Part shown: positions 1 through 12,491 of the stretch, one piece after another | How the letters are laid out: every line of letters begins with the position of its first letter | Position numbering within the stretch: position 1 is the first letter of the stretch | Program-made: the position numbers and the translations under genes | Notes under the pieces: generated by a model | Databases searched by the model: none | Told to the model about the DNA's origin: nothing | The model's input: only the letters and a program-made list of their open reading frames with translations | Source: Corynebacterium sp. | Lineage (GTDB): Bacteria > Actinomycetota > Actinomycetes > Mycobacteriales > Mycobacteriaceae | NCBI RefSeq assembly: GCF_030532715.1 | Contig: NZ_JAUNKO010000004.1 | Span: 268,372 to 332,371, forward strand | Length of the DNA stretch: 64,000 bases | Direction: 5' to 3'

Positions 1-414
1 GCGAAGGAAGACAGCTTTTATGCGGCGTTGGAAACCGCCCTTGCCCGCATGGAGCGTTCGCTGCGGAAAGTGAAGGCTCGCCGAAAGATTAGCCGTTCTG
101 GGCACCGCGCGCCCCTGGGTGCGGGTGCGTTGGCGGCGGAGCTTGTCAACGAGGTAGCGCCGAAGGTTGAGGCGAAGGGGGAGTTCGATGAGGACCCCTA
201 CGCAGATGCCGTCACTGATGTCATGCCTGGCCAAATTGTCCGCACCAAGGAACACCCCGCGACGCCGATGAGCGTGGATGATGCGCTCAGCGAGATGGAG
301 CTGGTGGGGCACGATTTCTACCTGTTTGTGAATGAGGAAACGGGCCGCCCGTCGGTGGTGTACCGCCGCCACGCGTTTGATTACGGCTTGATTAGCCTGG
401 CAGCTGAGGAGTAA
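1..414 (+). CDS. hpf: ribosome hibernation promoting factor, long form (3' part; gene starts upstream of the window)
   Basis: The frame is open from nt 1. The C-terminal domain motif HDFYLFVNEETGRPSVVYRR...GYGLI is typical of long HPF, and the gene sits directly upstream of secA as in actinobacteria. Confidence 0.75.
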   Translation, partial: AKEDSFYAALETALARMERSLRKVKARRKISRSGHRAPLGAGALAAELVNEVAPKVEAKGEFDEDPYADAVTDVMPGQIVRTKEHPATPMSVDDALSEMELVGHDFYLFVNEETGRPSVVYRRHAFDYGLISLAAEE

Positions 415-549
415 GATTTTTCAAGTTTTACTGAACTTTCTATTGGGCCCGCCTCCGTGTGGAGGCGGGTTCGCTGCTGAGTGGGCCAGGGAGTAGAATG
501 GCCGGGACTGTTGATAAAAACCCTCAATTTTTGTAAGGACTTAAAGCCC

Positions 550-3183
<2,634 letters not shown>

Positions 3184-3223
3184 GAATAGGACAACACGCC
3201 TTGGAGGCGTTTCGCGCACCTTG

Positions 3224-3697
3224 TCACAGGACGCGGAGCGCCTCCAACGTGATGTTGCCGGCTTCACCGAACCGTAATTTCGCTGCGTAGGCGAAGGTTT
3301 CCCCGGCGAGGTTGCACGCCCCGCAGATGCTCACCGTGTTGGCGCCGGTGCGGTGCGCGTGGATCGACCGGATGCTGGCGTTGCCGCGCTTTGTCCAAAC
3401 CTTGCGGCGGGCGGCGAGGTGGCGGAGTACGGCGGGGGAGTAGCGCTGCGTCGATAAGGACGATAGTGGTTTGCGTCCGGCTGCTACGTCGAGGGCGCCC
3501 ATGATGAGCCGGTGGACTACTTGTTCATTGCGCGGCGGCGATGGGTGCGGTGGGCGGGGCGGGTGCGAGGAAGGCGATTGCTGCGTTGCTTGGGTTGGTT
3601 GCGAAGCTGGATCCGGCGCGCCGGGTTGCCAGATTTTCAGGTGGTTAAGTCCAGGTATTGCGGTGAGCATCTGTGTGTTTCCCCCAAGAAGCCACAA
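3224..3697 (-). CDS. conserved hypothetical protein with a proline-rich N-terminal region (true start may be internal, about 3502)
   Basis: The C-terminal 90 aa look globular (…ICGACNLAGETFAYAAKLRFGEAGNITLEALRVL). The N-terminal 60 aa are low-complexity P/S/Q-rich. No family recognised. Confidence 0.4.
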   Translation of the reverse strand: MWLLGGNTQMLTAIPGLNHLKIWQPGAPDPASQPTQATQQSPSSHPPRPPHPSPPRNEQVVHRLIMGALDVAAGRKPLSSLSTQRYSPAVLRHLAARRKVWTKRGNASIRSIHAHRTGANTVSICGACNLAGETFAYAAKLRFGEAGNITLEALRVL

Positions 3698-3803
3698 GAA
3701 TTTATATTGTGCACGGTGACAATTGTGTGTATTCGGGCTAGTTTTACTATGACACGAATTGCGGGCGGATGCGCGCTGAATTCAGAGCGAAGGAGAATGC
3801 AAG

Positions 3804-4214
3804 GTGCGAGGCTTAGTCGTTGAGTATGGCGGCGTGTTAGACGGTTCGGACGAAGATCAGCGCAGGTGGCGCAACCTGTTAGCCACCGCCCGCGCCCAGG
3901 GCGTGGGTACGGTTATCCTTTCGAATGAGGAAGACCCAGCGAAGATTGCGGCGATGCAGGCGCTGCGTGCCGACGGCGTGGTGGACGCCGTGGTGTTGTC
4001 CAAGGACACGGGGATTGAGAAGCCGGAGCCGGAAGCGTTCCAGATCGCGGCGGACGTGGTGGAATTGGATCGGCGCGATTGTGTGCTGGTGGATAGCGAG
4101 ATTCTGAACGTGCGGGCTGCGGTGGACGCGGGCTTGGTGGGGGTGTATTACCAGCAGTTCGATCGTGCGGTCGTGGAGATCACGGGTTTGTTCGGCATTG
4201 AGGGCGAGTTCTAG
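3804..4214 (+). CDS. HAD-superfamily hydrolase (short, haloacid dehalogenase-like)
   Basis: GTG start with AAGGAGAA 6 nt upstream. C-terminal HAD motifs are present (GVGTVILSN…, VLVDSEILNVRAAVDAGL). Its position after secA matches the C. glutamicum cg0870-like arrangement. Confidence 0.6.
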   Translation: MRGLVVEYGGVLDGSDEDQRRWRNLLATARAQGVGTVILSNEEDPAKIAAMQALRADGVVDAVVLSKDTGIEKPEPEAFQIAADVVELDRRDCVLVDSEILNVRAAVDAGLVGVYYQQFDRAVVEITGLFGIEGEF

Positions 4215-4717
4215 TGCGCGTATATATCCCAGCCACGTTCGGCATTCTTGATCAGCTGCACGATTCCGGCGTGTTTGCGGCGACCTCTGGATGGGGGTTC
4301 GCCGTCACCCCCGCATTGTTGGATTTTTATACGTCCGGGGATGAGGACGAGATTGCCCATATCGCATTCGATGAGGCGGCGCGGGCGTCGTTACGCTTGT
4401 TGGCGGGCGGGGAGTCTCCGTTTCCGCATCGGCGCGTGGTGGTGACTGCCGAGCTGCCGGATTCACAGGTGACGTTGCTGCCGGAGCAGGGGGAGTCGGT
4501 GGTGAAGTTGTCCCCGGCGCAGGTGGAGTTGGCGCAGGTGGCGGCGATTCACGTGGATGTTGCGGAAAGCGAATCGGCCACCGCGGCGGGGATTGCGGCG
4601 GTGGACGCGGCGGATTTGGGCGACGAGGATGCCGAACTGGCGGTCGGTGACGCGTTGGATAACCTGATGGCTTGGTACGACCCAGTAGAGCTTCCGCTAT
4701 TGGTAGCTTTATTCTAA
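4214..4717 (+). CDS. conserved hypothetical protein
   Basis: A 167-aa ORF whose start overlaps the stop of the upstream gene (TAGTG). It is acidic and alanine-rich, and no family was recognised. Confidence 0.45.
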   Translation: MRVYIPATFGILDQLHDSGVFAATSGWGFAVTPALLDFYTSGDEDEIAHIAFDEAARASLRLLAGGESPFPHRRVVVTAELPDSQVTLLPEQGESVVKLSPAQVELAQVAAIHVDVAESESATAAGIAAVDAADLGDEDAELAVGDALDNLMAWYDPVELPLLVALF

Positions 4718-4802
4718 TTTTTGCGGGGCGGCGGATTTCCAAATGAACCTACGTGTGCGTAAGCTACGGTATCGTTACGTCAGTACACGATAGGAGCCTC
4801 AC

Positions 4803-5843
4803 ATGGCACCAGCCCTCCCCCACGATGGTTTGCGCGCTTTGCGGAGTGCGCTGCGGCGCTTTACTTCGCCTTTGCTGCCCGACGATTACACGCAGCTTGT
4901 GAACCCGCTGTGGTCGCAACGCGAGCTACGCGGCCGAATCGAACGTGTGGACAGGCCTACCCCCGATACCGTGAGCTTGAGCATCCGCCCGGGGTGGGGC
5001 GTGCCCGTGGACTTTCACGCCGGCCAATACATTGGCATCGGCGTGCCTATCGACGGCCGCTACACCTGGCGTAGCTATTCATTAACCTGCGCTCCCCATC
5101 CTGATGGCGACGTATTGACCGTGACGGTGCGCGCGGTGGAGCGCGGCAAATTATCCAACCATCTGGTGGGCACCGCGGTGCCCGGCATGGTGGTGCGCCT
5201 GGCGGCCCCCGCCGGGGATTTCCACCTCACCGACCCGGTACCGGACAAACTTTTGTTTGTCTCGGCGGGTACCGGGATTACCCCGATCATTGGCATGCTG
5301 CGGACCCTGGTCGACCGCGATCAGCTGGGCGACGTGGTGGTGGTGCATTCGGTGCGGCACCGCGGCGACCTGCTGTTCGGGGACGTGCTGGACGCGCTAC
5401 CGGTGCCGGTGCATGTGCAGGTGACCAGCGAAGACGGCCGCCTCAGCGTGGACGATATTGAAGCACTAGTTCCGGATGTTTCCGAGCGTGTGATCTACGC
5501 CTGTGGCCCGGCCGAAATGCTTGACGATTTCGAAGCCCGCTGGCCGGATGTGCGCACCGAACGTTTCACTTTAGATCGGGCATCGGACGCCACCGGAGGG
5601 GAGATTACGTTCGGGGATCGTGCCACGGTGACGGCCGACGGCGCCACCACAATTTTGGAAGCGGGTGAAGGCGCCGGGGTGCAGTTGCCGTTCGGCTGCC
5701 GCATGGGAATCTGTCAAACGTGTGTCCGCCCGTTGGAGGATGGGCACGCGCACGATCTACGCACCGGGGAAACCCATAACCCGGGGGAGCGTATTCGCAC
5801 ATGTGTATGTGTTGCGGCGGGGAACGTACGAATCGGCCTTTAG
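4803..5843 (+). CDS. ferredoxin-NAD(P) reductase-type oxidoreductase (FAD/NAD-binding plus C-terminal 2Fe-2S ferredoxin domain), desaturase partner
   Basis: It carries an FNR-like RxYS motif (WRSYSL), a GxGxxP nucleotide loop (SAGTGITP) and a C-terminal CRMGICQTC 2Fe-2S motif. It lies immediately upstream of a membrane desaturase, like Mtb Rv3230c with DesA3. Confidence 0.8.
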   Translation: MAPALPHDGLRALRSALRRFTSPLLPDDYTQLVNPLWSQRELRGRIERVDRPTPDTVSLSIRPGWGVPVDFHAGQYIGIGVPIDGRYTWRSYSLTCAPHPDGDVLTVTVRAVERGKLSNHLVGTAVPGMVVRLAAPAGDFHLTDPVPDKLLFVSAGTGITPIIGMLRTLVDRDQLGDVVVVHSVRHRGDLLFGDVLDALPVPVHVQVTSEDGRLSVDDIEALVPDVSERVIYACGPAEMLDDFEARWPDVRTERFTLDRASDATGGEITFGDRATVTADGATTILEAGEGAGVQLPFGCRMGICQTCVRPLEDGHAHDLRTGETHNPGERIRTCVCVAAGNVRIGL

Positions 5844-5850
5844 GAGAATC

Positions 5851-7176
5851 ATGGCAATTGACAATATCCGTGCGTATTCGCACCTGAGCGACGAAGACAT
5901 TGAAGAAATCGGGCGCCGGCTTGACGCCATCAAGCAGGAAGTAGAAGCCTCCCTCGGGGAGCGCGACGTCGCCTATATTAAAGGCCTCATTCGTTTCCAG
6001 CGCGGCTTGGAGGTCGCGGCACGGGCCACGCTGTTGTTTAGCCACAAGCGGGCCTGTTTCTGGGCGGGCAGCGGAATGCTCGCGCTGTCTAAGATTCTGG
6101 AAAACATGGAGATCGGCCACAATGTGATCCACGGCCAGTGGGACTGGATGAACGATCCCGAAATCCACTCCACGACGTGGGAGTGGGACATGACGTGCCC
6201 GAGTTCCCAGTGGATGCACTCGCACAACTTCGTGCACCACAAGTACACCAACATCATTGGCATGGACAATGACGTGGGATACGGCATTTTGCGCGTGACC
6301 CGTGACCGTGCCTGGACGCCGGCCCACGCCTTCCAGCCGGTGACTAACGTGGTGCTGGCCTCGCTGTTCCAATGGGCGATCGCCTTCTACGACGTGGAGC
6401 TGGGCCGCTATTTCGCCGGCAAGCAAACCTGGGAGGAGACGGCGCCGCGGTTCTGGGAGGCGGTGCGGAAATCCCGCAATCAGGTGCTCAAGGATTACGC
6501 GCTGTACCCCGCGTTGTCCGGGCCGAATTACTTCAATACCGTGGCCGCGAACGCTACCGCCAACTGGCTGCGCAGCGTGTGGGCGTATGCGGTGATCTTC
6601 TGCGGGCATTTCCCTGATGAGGCGGAAACCTTTACCAAGGAGCAACTACGCACCGAATCACACGCGGAATGGTATCTGCGGCAAATGCTCGGCTCGGCGA
6701 ATTTCCATGGCGGCAAGCTCTTAACCATCTTGTCTGGCAACCTCAACTACCAGATTGAGCATCATTTGTTCCCCGACATGCCGTCGAACCGGTTGGCCGA
6801 GGTAGGCAAACAGGTGCAGCAGTTGGCGGAGGAGTTTGATTTGCCGTACAACGTGGATTCCTTCCCCATGCAGTTTTTGAAGGTGCAGCGCACGCTGCTC
6901 AAGCTCACGTTGCCGAACCGCTTCTTGGTCGCCTCCCCGCATAATGCGCCGGAGGTGCGCTCCAATAAGGCGTTTACAGAAAATCCTCAGATTGAGCAGC
7001 AGTTGCATGTTGGGGCTGATGAGCATGGTGTGCGCCGCGGGTTGAAGAAGGGCCTGAAATTGTTGAAGGCGATTCGTCCGGGCGCGCGCGAAGTAGTGAA
7101 TTGCTACCTTGGCCGGGGTGTTCGTGGAACGGAGTCGGTCGCGGCGTCGCAACCCGAAAAATTGAGCAAAACTTAA
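5851..7176 (+). CDS. membrane fatty-acid (acyl-CoA) desaturase, DesA3-like
   Basis: ATG at 5851 has AGGAGAA upstream. The three His boxes of membrane desaturases are present (HNVIHGQW, HNFVHH, QIEHHLFP). Length is about 441 aa. The track ORF 5665.. is a 5' over-extension. Confidence 0.85.
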   Translation: MAIDNIRAYSHLSDEDIEEIGRRLDAIKQEVEASLGERDVAYIKGLIRFQRGLEVAARATLLFSHKRACFWAGSGMLALSKILENMEIGHNVIHGQWDWMNDPEIHSTTWEWDMTCPSSQWMHSHNFVHHKYTNIIGMDNDVGYGILRVTRDRAWTPAHAFQPVTNVVLASLFQWAIAFYDVELGRYFAGKQTWEETAPRFWEAVRKSRNQVLKDYALYPALSGPNYFNTVAANATANWLRSVWAYAVIFCGHFPDEAETFTKEQLRTESHAEWYLRQMLGSANFHGGKLLTILSGNLNYQIEHHLFPDMPSNRLAEVGKQVQQLAEEFDLPYNVDSFPMQFLKVQRTLLKLTLPNRFLVASPHNAPEVRSNKAFTENPQIEQQLHVGADEHGVRRGLKKGLKLLKAIRPGAREVVNCYLGRGVRGTESVAASQPEKLSKT

Positions 7177-7365
7177 TTAGCTGAGAAAAAGCTGAGCTTT
7201 CCGTAATTCTCCTGTATGCGTTCACCTGCAGGTTCGCTCACTTTCAATACCTTTTACCATTTGGGGGTAGTGAACCTGAGTTGTTTGTAGGAAAAGTGAC
7301 AAAATGGCATATTGGGAGCTTCGAGAGCCATCGCGGTGGCCATGAAATACGGAAGGCAAAGCTTT

Positions 7366-10080
7366 ATGTTGCAGCTGAGACTGCGCGCACGAGCGGCGGC
7401 GACGCTTCTTGCGATCGTTGCGGTACTGTTCGCGCTTACGGTTCCACCCGCCCACGCGCAAACCCCTATGGGCGTGGAGGTCACCTCGGCTAGTCTCGTG
7501 AAGTCAAACGCCAACGGCGTTGTTGCCCGGGAAGGCGAACAAGCGCAGCTATACGTCGGCGACCTCGCCCGTGCAACCATCAGCTTCCGTGTCCTTGAAC
7601 CTATGCAGGTGCAGGCCGGGGACACGCTGACGGTTACCTTGCCGGACGAGGTCAACCAGTATCGGAGTGCTCCGTTTGCAATGTACTTGGACCGGGATGC
7701 GGCCACCCAGGTTGCTATCTGCCAGCCTGAGGAGCGCGCCATCGTGTGCACCGCAAACGAAGAATTCGCTCAACGCGCCGGGGACCAGGCAAACGGTGAA
7801 ATTTGGTTCGTGGTGAGTGTCGCGCAGCTTGCGGAGCCCACCGAGTTTGTTTTCCAGGTCAATGACGCGGCCGCCGCCGCTGCTGTGCCGTTGGGTGTGA
7901 AGGAGCGTGTGCGGGGCTATCAGCCGCAACGCTTTGACAAGGTGTCCACCCCAATTACCCCACAGCATCGGTCTATCCCGTGGTCCGTGCGCTTCAACGG
8001 CGGCACCATCGCCGAAGAGCACGGCGTGGCGTTTGACGGGCGCACCGTGCATACCATTGAATTTGAGGATCGGCCGGACCCTGCGCGGCAAGTGCTACCC
8101 GCAGCCGAGAATTACCGCAACGTGCTGGGTTCTTGGGCGCTGGCGGAAGCCAACACCGAAGAGCAGCCGACGCAGCAGCAACGCGCCCTTGCCAAGGTGG
8201 GGGCTTCCCTTGCGGATGGCTTCACCATGGATGTGAAATTCGCGGGTGACGAGGCTGCGATCATCACCCTCACCGGACCTTTTCGTGCGGACGCGAACTA
8301 CACGATGAGCGCGCACATGCCCATCCGGGAGGAATTTCACGATCAGGTCTGCGGGTTTGATTACCGCAACGATGTCACGTTGCTCGGGCCAAATTTGGCG
8401 GCTACTTCCGCAGCGGTGCGCTGCGGGGATGCTGGGGGTGGCCGTATCACCCTGGCACCCGGGTTTGGTTCCGTGAAGGTGACCAAAACGTTTGACAATC
8501 CCGATAATGTGCCCGCCGAGCAATACCTCGACGCGGAATACCAGGTGAAAGTGAAGTACGCGTTTCCGGCTGGTGGCCATGCAGCGGACTACCAGGTGGA
8601 AGGTCGGCCGTACGCTGCACCGGGCACGCTCAACGCTGACGGGACCGGTGGGGAGGCGCTGATCACTCTGGTGGGCAAGGATGGGACACTGGCGGGCGAA
8701 CTGGCGGGCATGCTGCCGGCTGGGACGGCCGTGGAGCTGGTGGAAGTGTTGCCCCGCGTCGCGGGCATTGTGTGGAAAGCGCCGATCATCGAGCCGCAGC
8801 GCTTCGATATTGTCAGCATGGAAACCACCGAGGCGCGGCTGGTCAACGGCATCCAAAAGGTTACCGGTGATACCGCACCGGTGAAGATCTTTAAGAAGGT
8901 GGAGGGTGACCTGCCCAACCCGCCGCAGTTTTTCGATTTCCTAGTCCAATGCGAAGGTTCACCCGACCGCGATGTGCGCGTGCAGGTGAACAAGGAAACC
9001 GGAGTGGGGACCTTCGAGGTGGGGAAAAAGTGCACCGTCACGGAGAAGGACAGCACGGTCCCAGAGGGCTACCGTTGGGACAAGCCGGTAACGCAAACCG
9101 TGGAGATCCCGCGGGAGGGCTACACCTTTCAATTTGTGAACACCTATGTGCGCGATCACGGCAACCTTGGGCACTTTACCCTCACCAAGATTGTGGAGGC
9201 CGAGCCCGGCGTAGCCGTCCCATCCACCTTTGATTTCGCCTACCGCTGCGAGCGGGACGACACCGACGATGTGTTTACCGGCAAGCTGGAAAAGGTTGCC
9301 CCGAATACGCCTGCGCAGTCACCCGGTGTGCCGGAAGGCTTTACCTGCGCCGTCACGGAGATGAACGCCGACGTCGAGGGGGCGGACCTGCAGCTCATCA
9401 ACCCCGGCACCGTCAAGGTTGGTGAGAACATCACTATCACCAACGTGTACAAGCGCATTGTGCCTCTGGACGGTACGTTTACCGTAAAGAAGATTGTGAA
9501 GGCGGAGCCCGGCATGAACGTGCCGGACACCTTCCACTTCGACTACCGGTGTACTAAGCCCGGCGAGCAGGACATCTTGGGCAAAGTCACCGGCGTGAAG
9601 GCGGGCGCCACCGGCTCTTCCGCGCGAATTCCGGAGGGCTATCAGTGCACCGTCACTGAACGCGACGCGAGTATCGACGGCGCGGACTGGACGTTGAAGG
9701 TTTCCGGCGAGGTCGCCGCGGGCGACGTCGCTACGGTGACGAACACGTACACCCGCCCCGATGGTTCCGTACTGCGCCAGCACTCCAGCCTGCCGTGGTG
9801 GATTCTGGGGATCCCGCTGCTCGGCGGTCTCGCGCGCGGTGCTACGGAAAGCGGCGGCGGTTCTGCGGGTGGTGGTGATACCCCAGCTGGTGCGGCACCG
9901 CAGGCGGCTGCCACCCACAACGATGTGCAACCTGCCTCAGCTGTGAACGCGAAGACGGTGGGGGAGTCGGCGCGCCCCAGTGTGCTGGCTAGCACCGGCG
10001 CCTCCGTGCTCGGCGTGGTGGTGCTCGCCGCGATCGCCGTGGCCGTGGGTGTGTTCCTGATCCGCCGTAACAAGAAGTAG
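7366..10080 (+). CDS. LAxTG sortase-anchored cell-surface protein with three tandem Ig-like repeats, each carrying a Cys pair
   Basis: The N-terminus is a signal peptide (MLQLRLRARAAATLLAIVAVLFALTVPPAHAQ). The C-terminus has LASTG followed by a hydrophobic segment and RRNKK. Three ~95-aa repeats share TFDFAYRCE…EGFTCAVTE-type motifs. The ORF opens at 7312; a start at 7342 or 7366 is likely. Confidence 0.8.
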   Translation: MLQLRLRARAAATLLAIVAVLFALTVPPAHAQTPMGVEVTSASLVKSNANGVVAREGEQAQLYVGDLARATISFRVLEPMQVQAGDTLTVTLPDEVNQYRSAPFAMYLDRDAATQVAICQPEERAIVCTANEEFAQRAGDQANGEIWFVVSVAQLAEPTEFVFQVNDAAAAAAVPLGVKERVRGYQPQRFDKVSTPITPQHRSIPWSVRFNGGTIAEEHGVAFDGRTVHTIEFEDRPDPARQVLPAAENYRNVLGSWALAEANTEEQPTQQQRALAKVGASLADGFTMDVKFAGDEAAIITLTGPFRADANYTMSAHMPIREEFHDQVCGFDYRNDVTLLGPNLAATSAAVRCGDAGGGRITLAPGFGSVKVTKTFDNPDNVPAEQYLDAEYQVKVKYAFPAGGHAADYQVEGRPYAAPGTLNADGTGGEALITLVGKDGTLAGELAGMLPAGTAVELVEVLPRVAGIVWKAPIIEPQRFDIVSMETTEARLVNGIQKVTGDTAPVKIFKKVEGDLPNPPQFFDFLVQCEGSPDRDVRVQVNKETGVGTFEVGKKCTVTEKDSTVPEGYRWDKPVTQTVEIPREGYTFQFVNTYVRDHGNLGHFTLTKIVEAEPGVAVPSTFDFAYRCERDDTDDVFTGKLEKVAPNTPAQSPGVPEGFTCAVTEMNADVEGADLQLINPGTVKVGENITITNVYKRIVPLDGTFTVKKIVKAEPGMNVPDTFHFDYRCTKPGEQDILGKVTGVKAGATGSSARIPEGYQCTVTERDASIDGADWTLKVSGEVAAGDVATVTNTYTRPDGSVLRQHSSLPWWILGIPLLGGLARGATESGGGSAGGGDTPAGAAPQAAATHNDVQPASAVNAKTVGESARPSVLASTGASVLGVVVLAAIAVAVGVFLIRRNKK

Positions 10081-10084
10081 TCGC

Positions 10085-11395
10085 CTAGGCGGCGGGGGTG
10101 GTGTCTTTCGTCCACGTCGCCGAGGTGAACGGCTGGATGCGCTGCTCCTTATCGGTAAGTAGACCCCACAGTCGCACCGCGAGGGCGGCGACAACCACCG
10201 CTACAAACATGGGCAGATAGCCCTGCGCTTGCATGTCCGTGAACTCGATGGCGGCGATCATGCCGAACATGGGGGCCGCCATCGTGGTGGACAAAAATGC
10301 CGCAGCGCCCATGAGTGCGCATGCACCAAGCGGCACTTGCGGAAACAGGGGATCGATTGCGAGGCCGATGATGGCCCCAATGATCGCACCGAGCGAGAAC
10401 GCCGGCGTGAGCGTGCCACCCACGGTGCCCACTCGGAAACACACCAGCACCATGCATGCCCGGGCCACCCCGAGGACCACCAGGGTGCCAAGCGGCAAGC
10501 CTAACGTGAAAATGGTGTCCGCCGCCCAGCGGCCGTTGGCGCTCACCCCGGGGATGAAGTATGCGGCGGCTGCGACCCCGCAAAACGCGAGGGGCATTTG
10601 CCACAGGATCTGCCAATCCAGCGGCCGCGAGGCGGCTGCTGCTCGAGCTGCGATGCCAAACCAATGGCCCGCCATACCAGCTACGAACCCCACGATGATC
10701 GCGGCCACCACATTGTGGAAATCTTCCGTGAGCGGCACGGTGTGATAGATAGGGTGCGGGGTGATAAAGAGCCCTGTGGTCGCTACGGCGGTGGCGGAGG
10801 TGAGCATGGCAGACACTACGGTGCGGGTAGACATTTCCACGAGTAACAACTCGAGCGTAAACAACGCGCCCGCCAGCGGCAGGTGGAACGATGATGCCAA
10901 GCCTGCGCCGGCGGCAGAGGCGATGACAATGCGCCGAGAATGCAAGTCGAGGTGGAACCAGGTGGCGATGCTCGCGGCGGACAAGCCGCCCGCCAACCTG
11001 GGCGCGTTTTCCCGGCCGACGGGGGCGCCAGCAGCCACGGAAATCACTTGGATAAACACGCTGCATAAGGTTTCAACCGTGGGCATGAGTCGGCCCTGCA
11101 TCGCGCCGGGCACCGACACCATTGGGCGGCCGAGTTTGCCCAGCAGGTACCACGCCCACGAAGTGGTAAAGCCGACGAAAATCAAGCTGATTGCCAGCCG
11201 TGCGGGGGACACCGCCGAACCCGGATCCAAGGTGACGAGGTGGTTGGTGCCATACACCAACTCCTCCGTCACCACGATGGCGTAGTTCAATCCTGCCACC
11301 AACAAGCCGGTGACCGCCCCCGCCAGCACTGCAATTACCGCCAACCGATTCAGCGGGGTTTCTGTCATTGTGCCCCGGTCCACGGCGGGCAGCAT
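10085..11395 (-). CDS. ClC family chloride channel / H+-Cl- antiporter
   Basis: It has multiple TM helices and ClC signature-like motifs (GRENAP, GALFTLE, LSTTMAAPMFGMIAAIEFT). The start is assigned to M148 or M157 of the 583-aa track ORF; the 5' extension overlaps rsgA and is rejected. Confidence 0.75.
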   Translation of the reverse strand: MLPAVDRGTMTETPLNRLAVIAVLAGAVTGLLVAGLNYAIVVTEELVYGTNHLVTLDPGSAVSPARLAISLIFVGFTTSWAWYLLGKLGRPMVSVPGAMQGRLMPTVETLCSVFIQVISVAAGAPVGRENAPRLAGGLSAASIATWFHLDLHSRRIVIASAAGAGLASSFHLPLAGALFTLELLLVEMSTRTVVSAMLTSATAVATTGLFITPHPIYHTVPLTEDFHNVVAAIIVGFVAGMAGHWFGIAARAAAASRPLDWQILWQMPLAFCGVAAAAYFIPGVSANGRWAADTIFTLGLPLGTLVVLGVARACMVLVCFRVGTVGGTLTPAFSLGAIIGAIIGLAIDPLFPQVPLGACALMGAAAFLSTTMAAPMFGMIAAIEFTDMQAQGYLPMFVAVVVAALAVRLWGLLTDKEQRIQPFTSATWTKDTTPAA

Positions 11396-11510
11396 GGGTG
11401 GCTCAGTGGCTATCCGGTCGTGGTGTGCGTCAATGAGCTTGCGTTCGGTGAGCCCTTGGCCGGAGCTGTCATGGCTGCGGGAATGACCACTACCAACCCA
11501 CCAGCCCATG

Positions 11511-12491
11511 CTAGGACCAATCCTCGTTGCTGCGCAGCGCTTGCAACAGGCCCCGCACCGCCGTGGCCCGCCGCGCGCTCGTGTCTGTGAGCGCGTTGAG
11601 GCCGCAATCCGGGTCGGTGAGGTGATCGCAGCCGCGCGCGCACTCCTGAACCGCCACCGCAAGATCGTCGAACATGTTAATGATTGTATCCGGCTCGACG
11701 TGGGCGAGTCCGAACGAACGAATACCAGGGGTATCAATAATCCAGCCGCCATGCGGCAGCCGCAGCGCCACCGACTGGCTGGAGGTGTGTCGGCCTTTGC
11801 CCACGCCGGATACCTCCCCGGTGGCGCGGTCCGCATCCGGCACGAGGCGATTCACCAACGTGGATTTCCCCACCCCGGAATGTCCGATGAGGGCGGTGAT
11901 GTGGCCATCGACGAATTCTTCTACCCGCGAGATGGGGTCAGTAATGCCGCACACCACCACGGGAACATCGAGTTCCCGAAACTCTGCGGCGAACTCCGCC
12001 GGATCCCCCAAATCGGATTTGGTTAAGCAGATGATCGGGCGCACGCCACCGGTGAACGCGGCGATTAAGGCGCGCTCGACAAAGCCGGAGCGTGGCTCGG
12101 GATCGGCGATGGCGGACACGATCAACAATTGCTGGGCGTTGCCAACGATGATGCGTTCGTAGGGGTCGATATCGTCCGCTGTGCGGCGCAACACGCTCGT
12201 GCGTTCCTCCAGCCGGACGATTCTGGCCAAGCTGCCTGGTCGGCCCGATGTGTCGCCCACCACGGCGACACGGTCACCCACCACAATCGCCGTGCGCCCC
12301 AGTTCGCGGGCGCGCATGCACACAATCGGTTCGGTCGCGCCGTCGAGAATCACCCCCCACCGCCCGCGGTCTTTGGTGACCACCATGCCCACCTCGGCTT
12401 CGTGATGCGCGGGACGGTCCTTCGTTCGCGGGCGCGAGCCTTTCCCCGGGCGGATTCGAACGTCTGATTCGTCCCACGAACGCCTAGCCAT
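11511..12491 (-). CDS. rsgA: ribosome small-subunit-dependent GTPase A
   Basis: The [16 protein letters not shown]-terminus, G-motifs ([13 protein letters not shown]) and a C-terminal Zn-finger (CxH…C) identify it. The start is internal to the 438-aa track ORF. Confidence 0.85.
   Translation of the reverse strand: MARRSWDESDVRIRPGKGSRPRTKDRPAHHEAEVGMVVTKDRGRWGVILDGATEPIVCMRARELGRTAIVVGDRVAVVGDTSGRPGSLARIVRLEERTSVLRRTADDIDPYERIIVGNAQQLLIVSAIADPEPRSGFVERALIAAFTGGVRPIICLTKSDLGDPAEFAAEFRELDVPVVVCGITDPISRVEEFVDGHITALIGHSGVGKSTLVNRLVPDADRATGEVSGVGKGRHTSSQSVALRLPHGGWIIDTPGIRSFGLAHVEPDTIINMFDDLAVAVQECARGCDHLTDPDCGLNALTDTSARRATAVRGLLQALRSNEDWS

Noticed and set aside
10149-11066. 305-aa minus-strand ORF in an alternative frame inside the ClC channel gene, and the 5' extension of the 583-aa ORF to 11836
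   Set aside because: The ClC motifs and TM pattern lie in the other frame. The extension overlaps the rsgA coding region in the same orientation and is Arg/Cys-rich junk.
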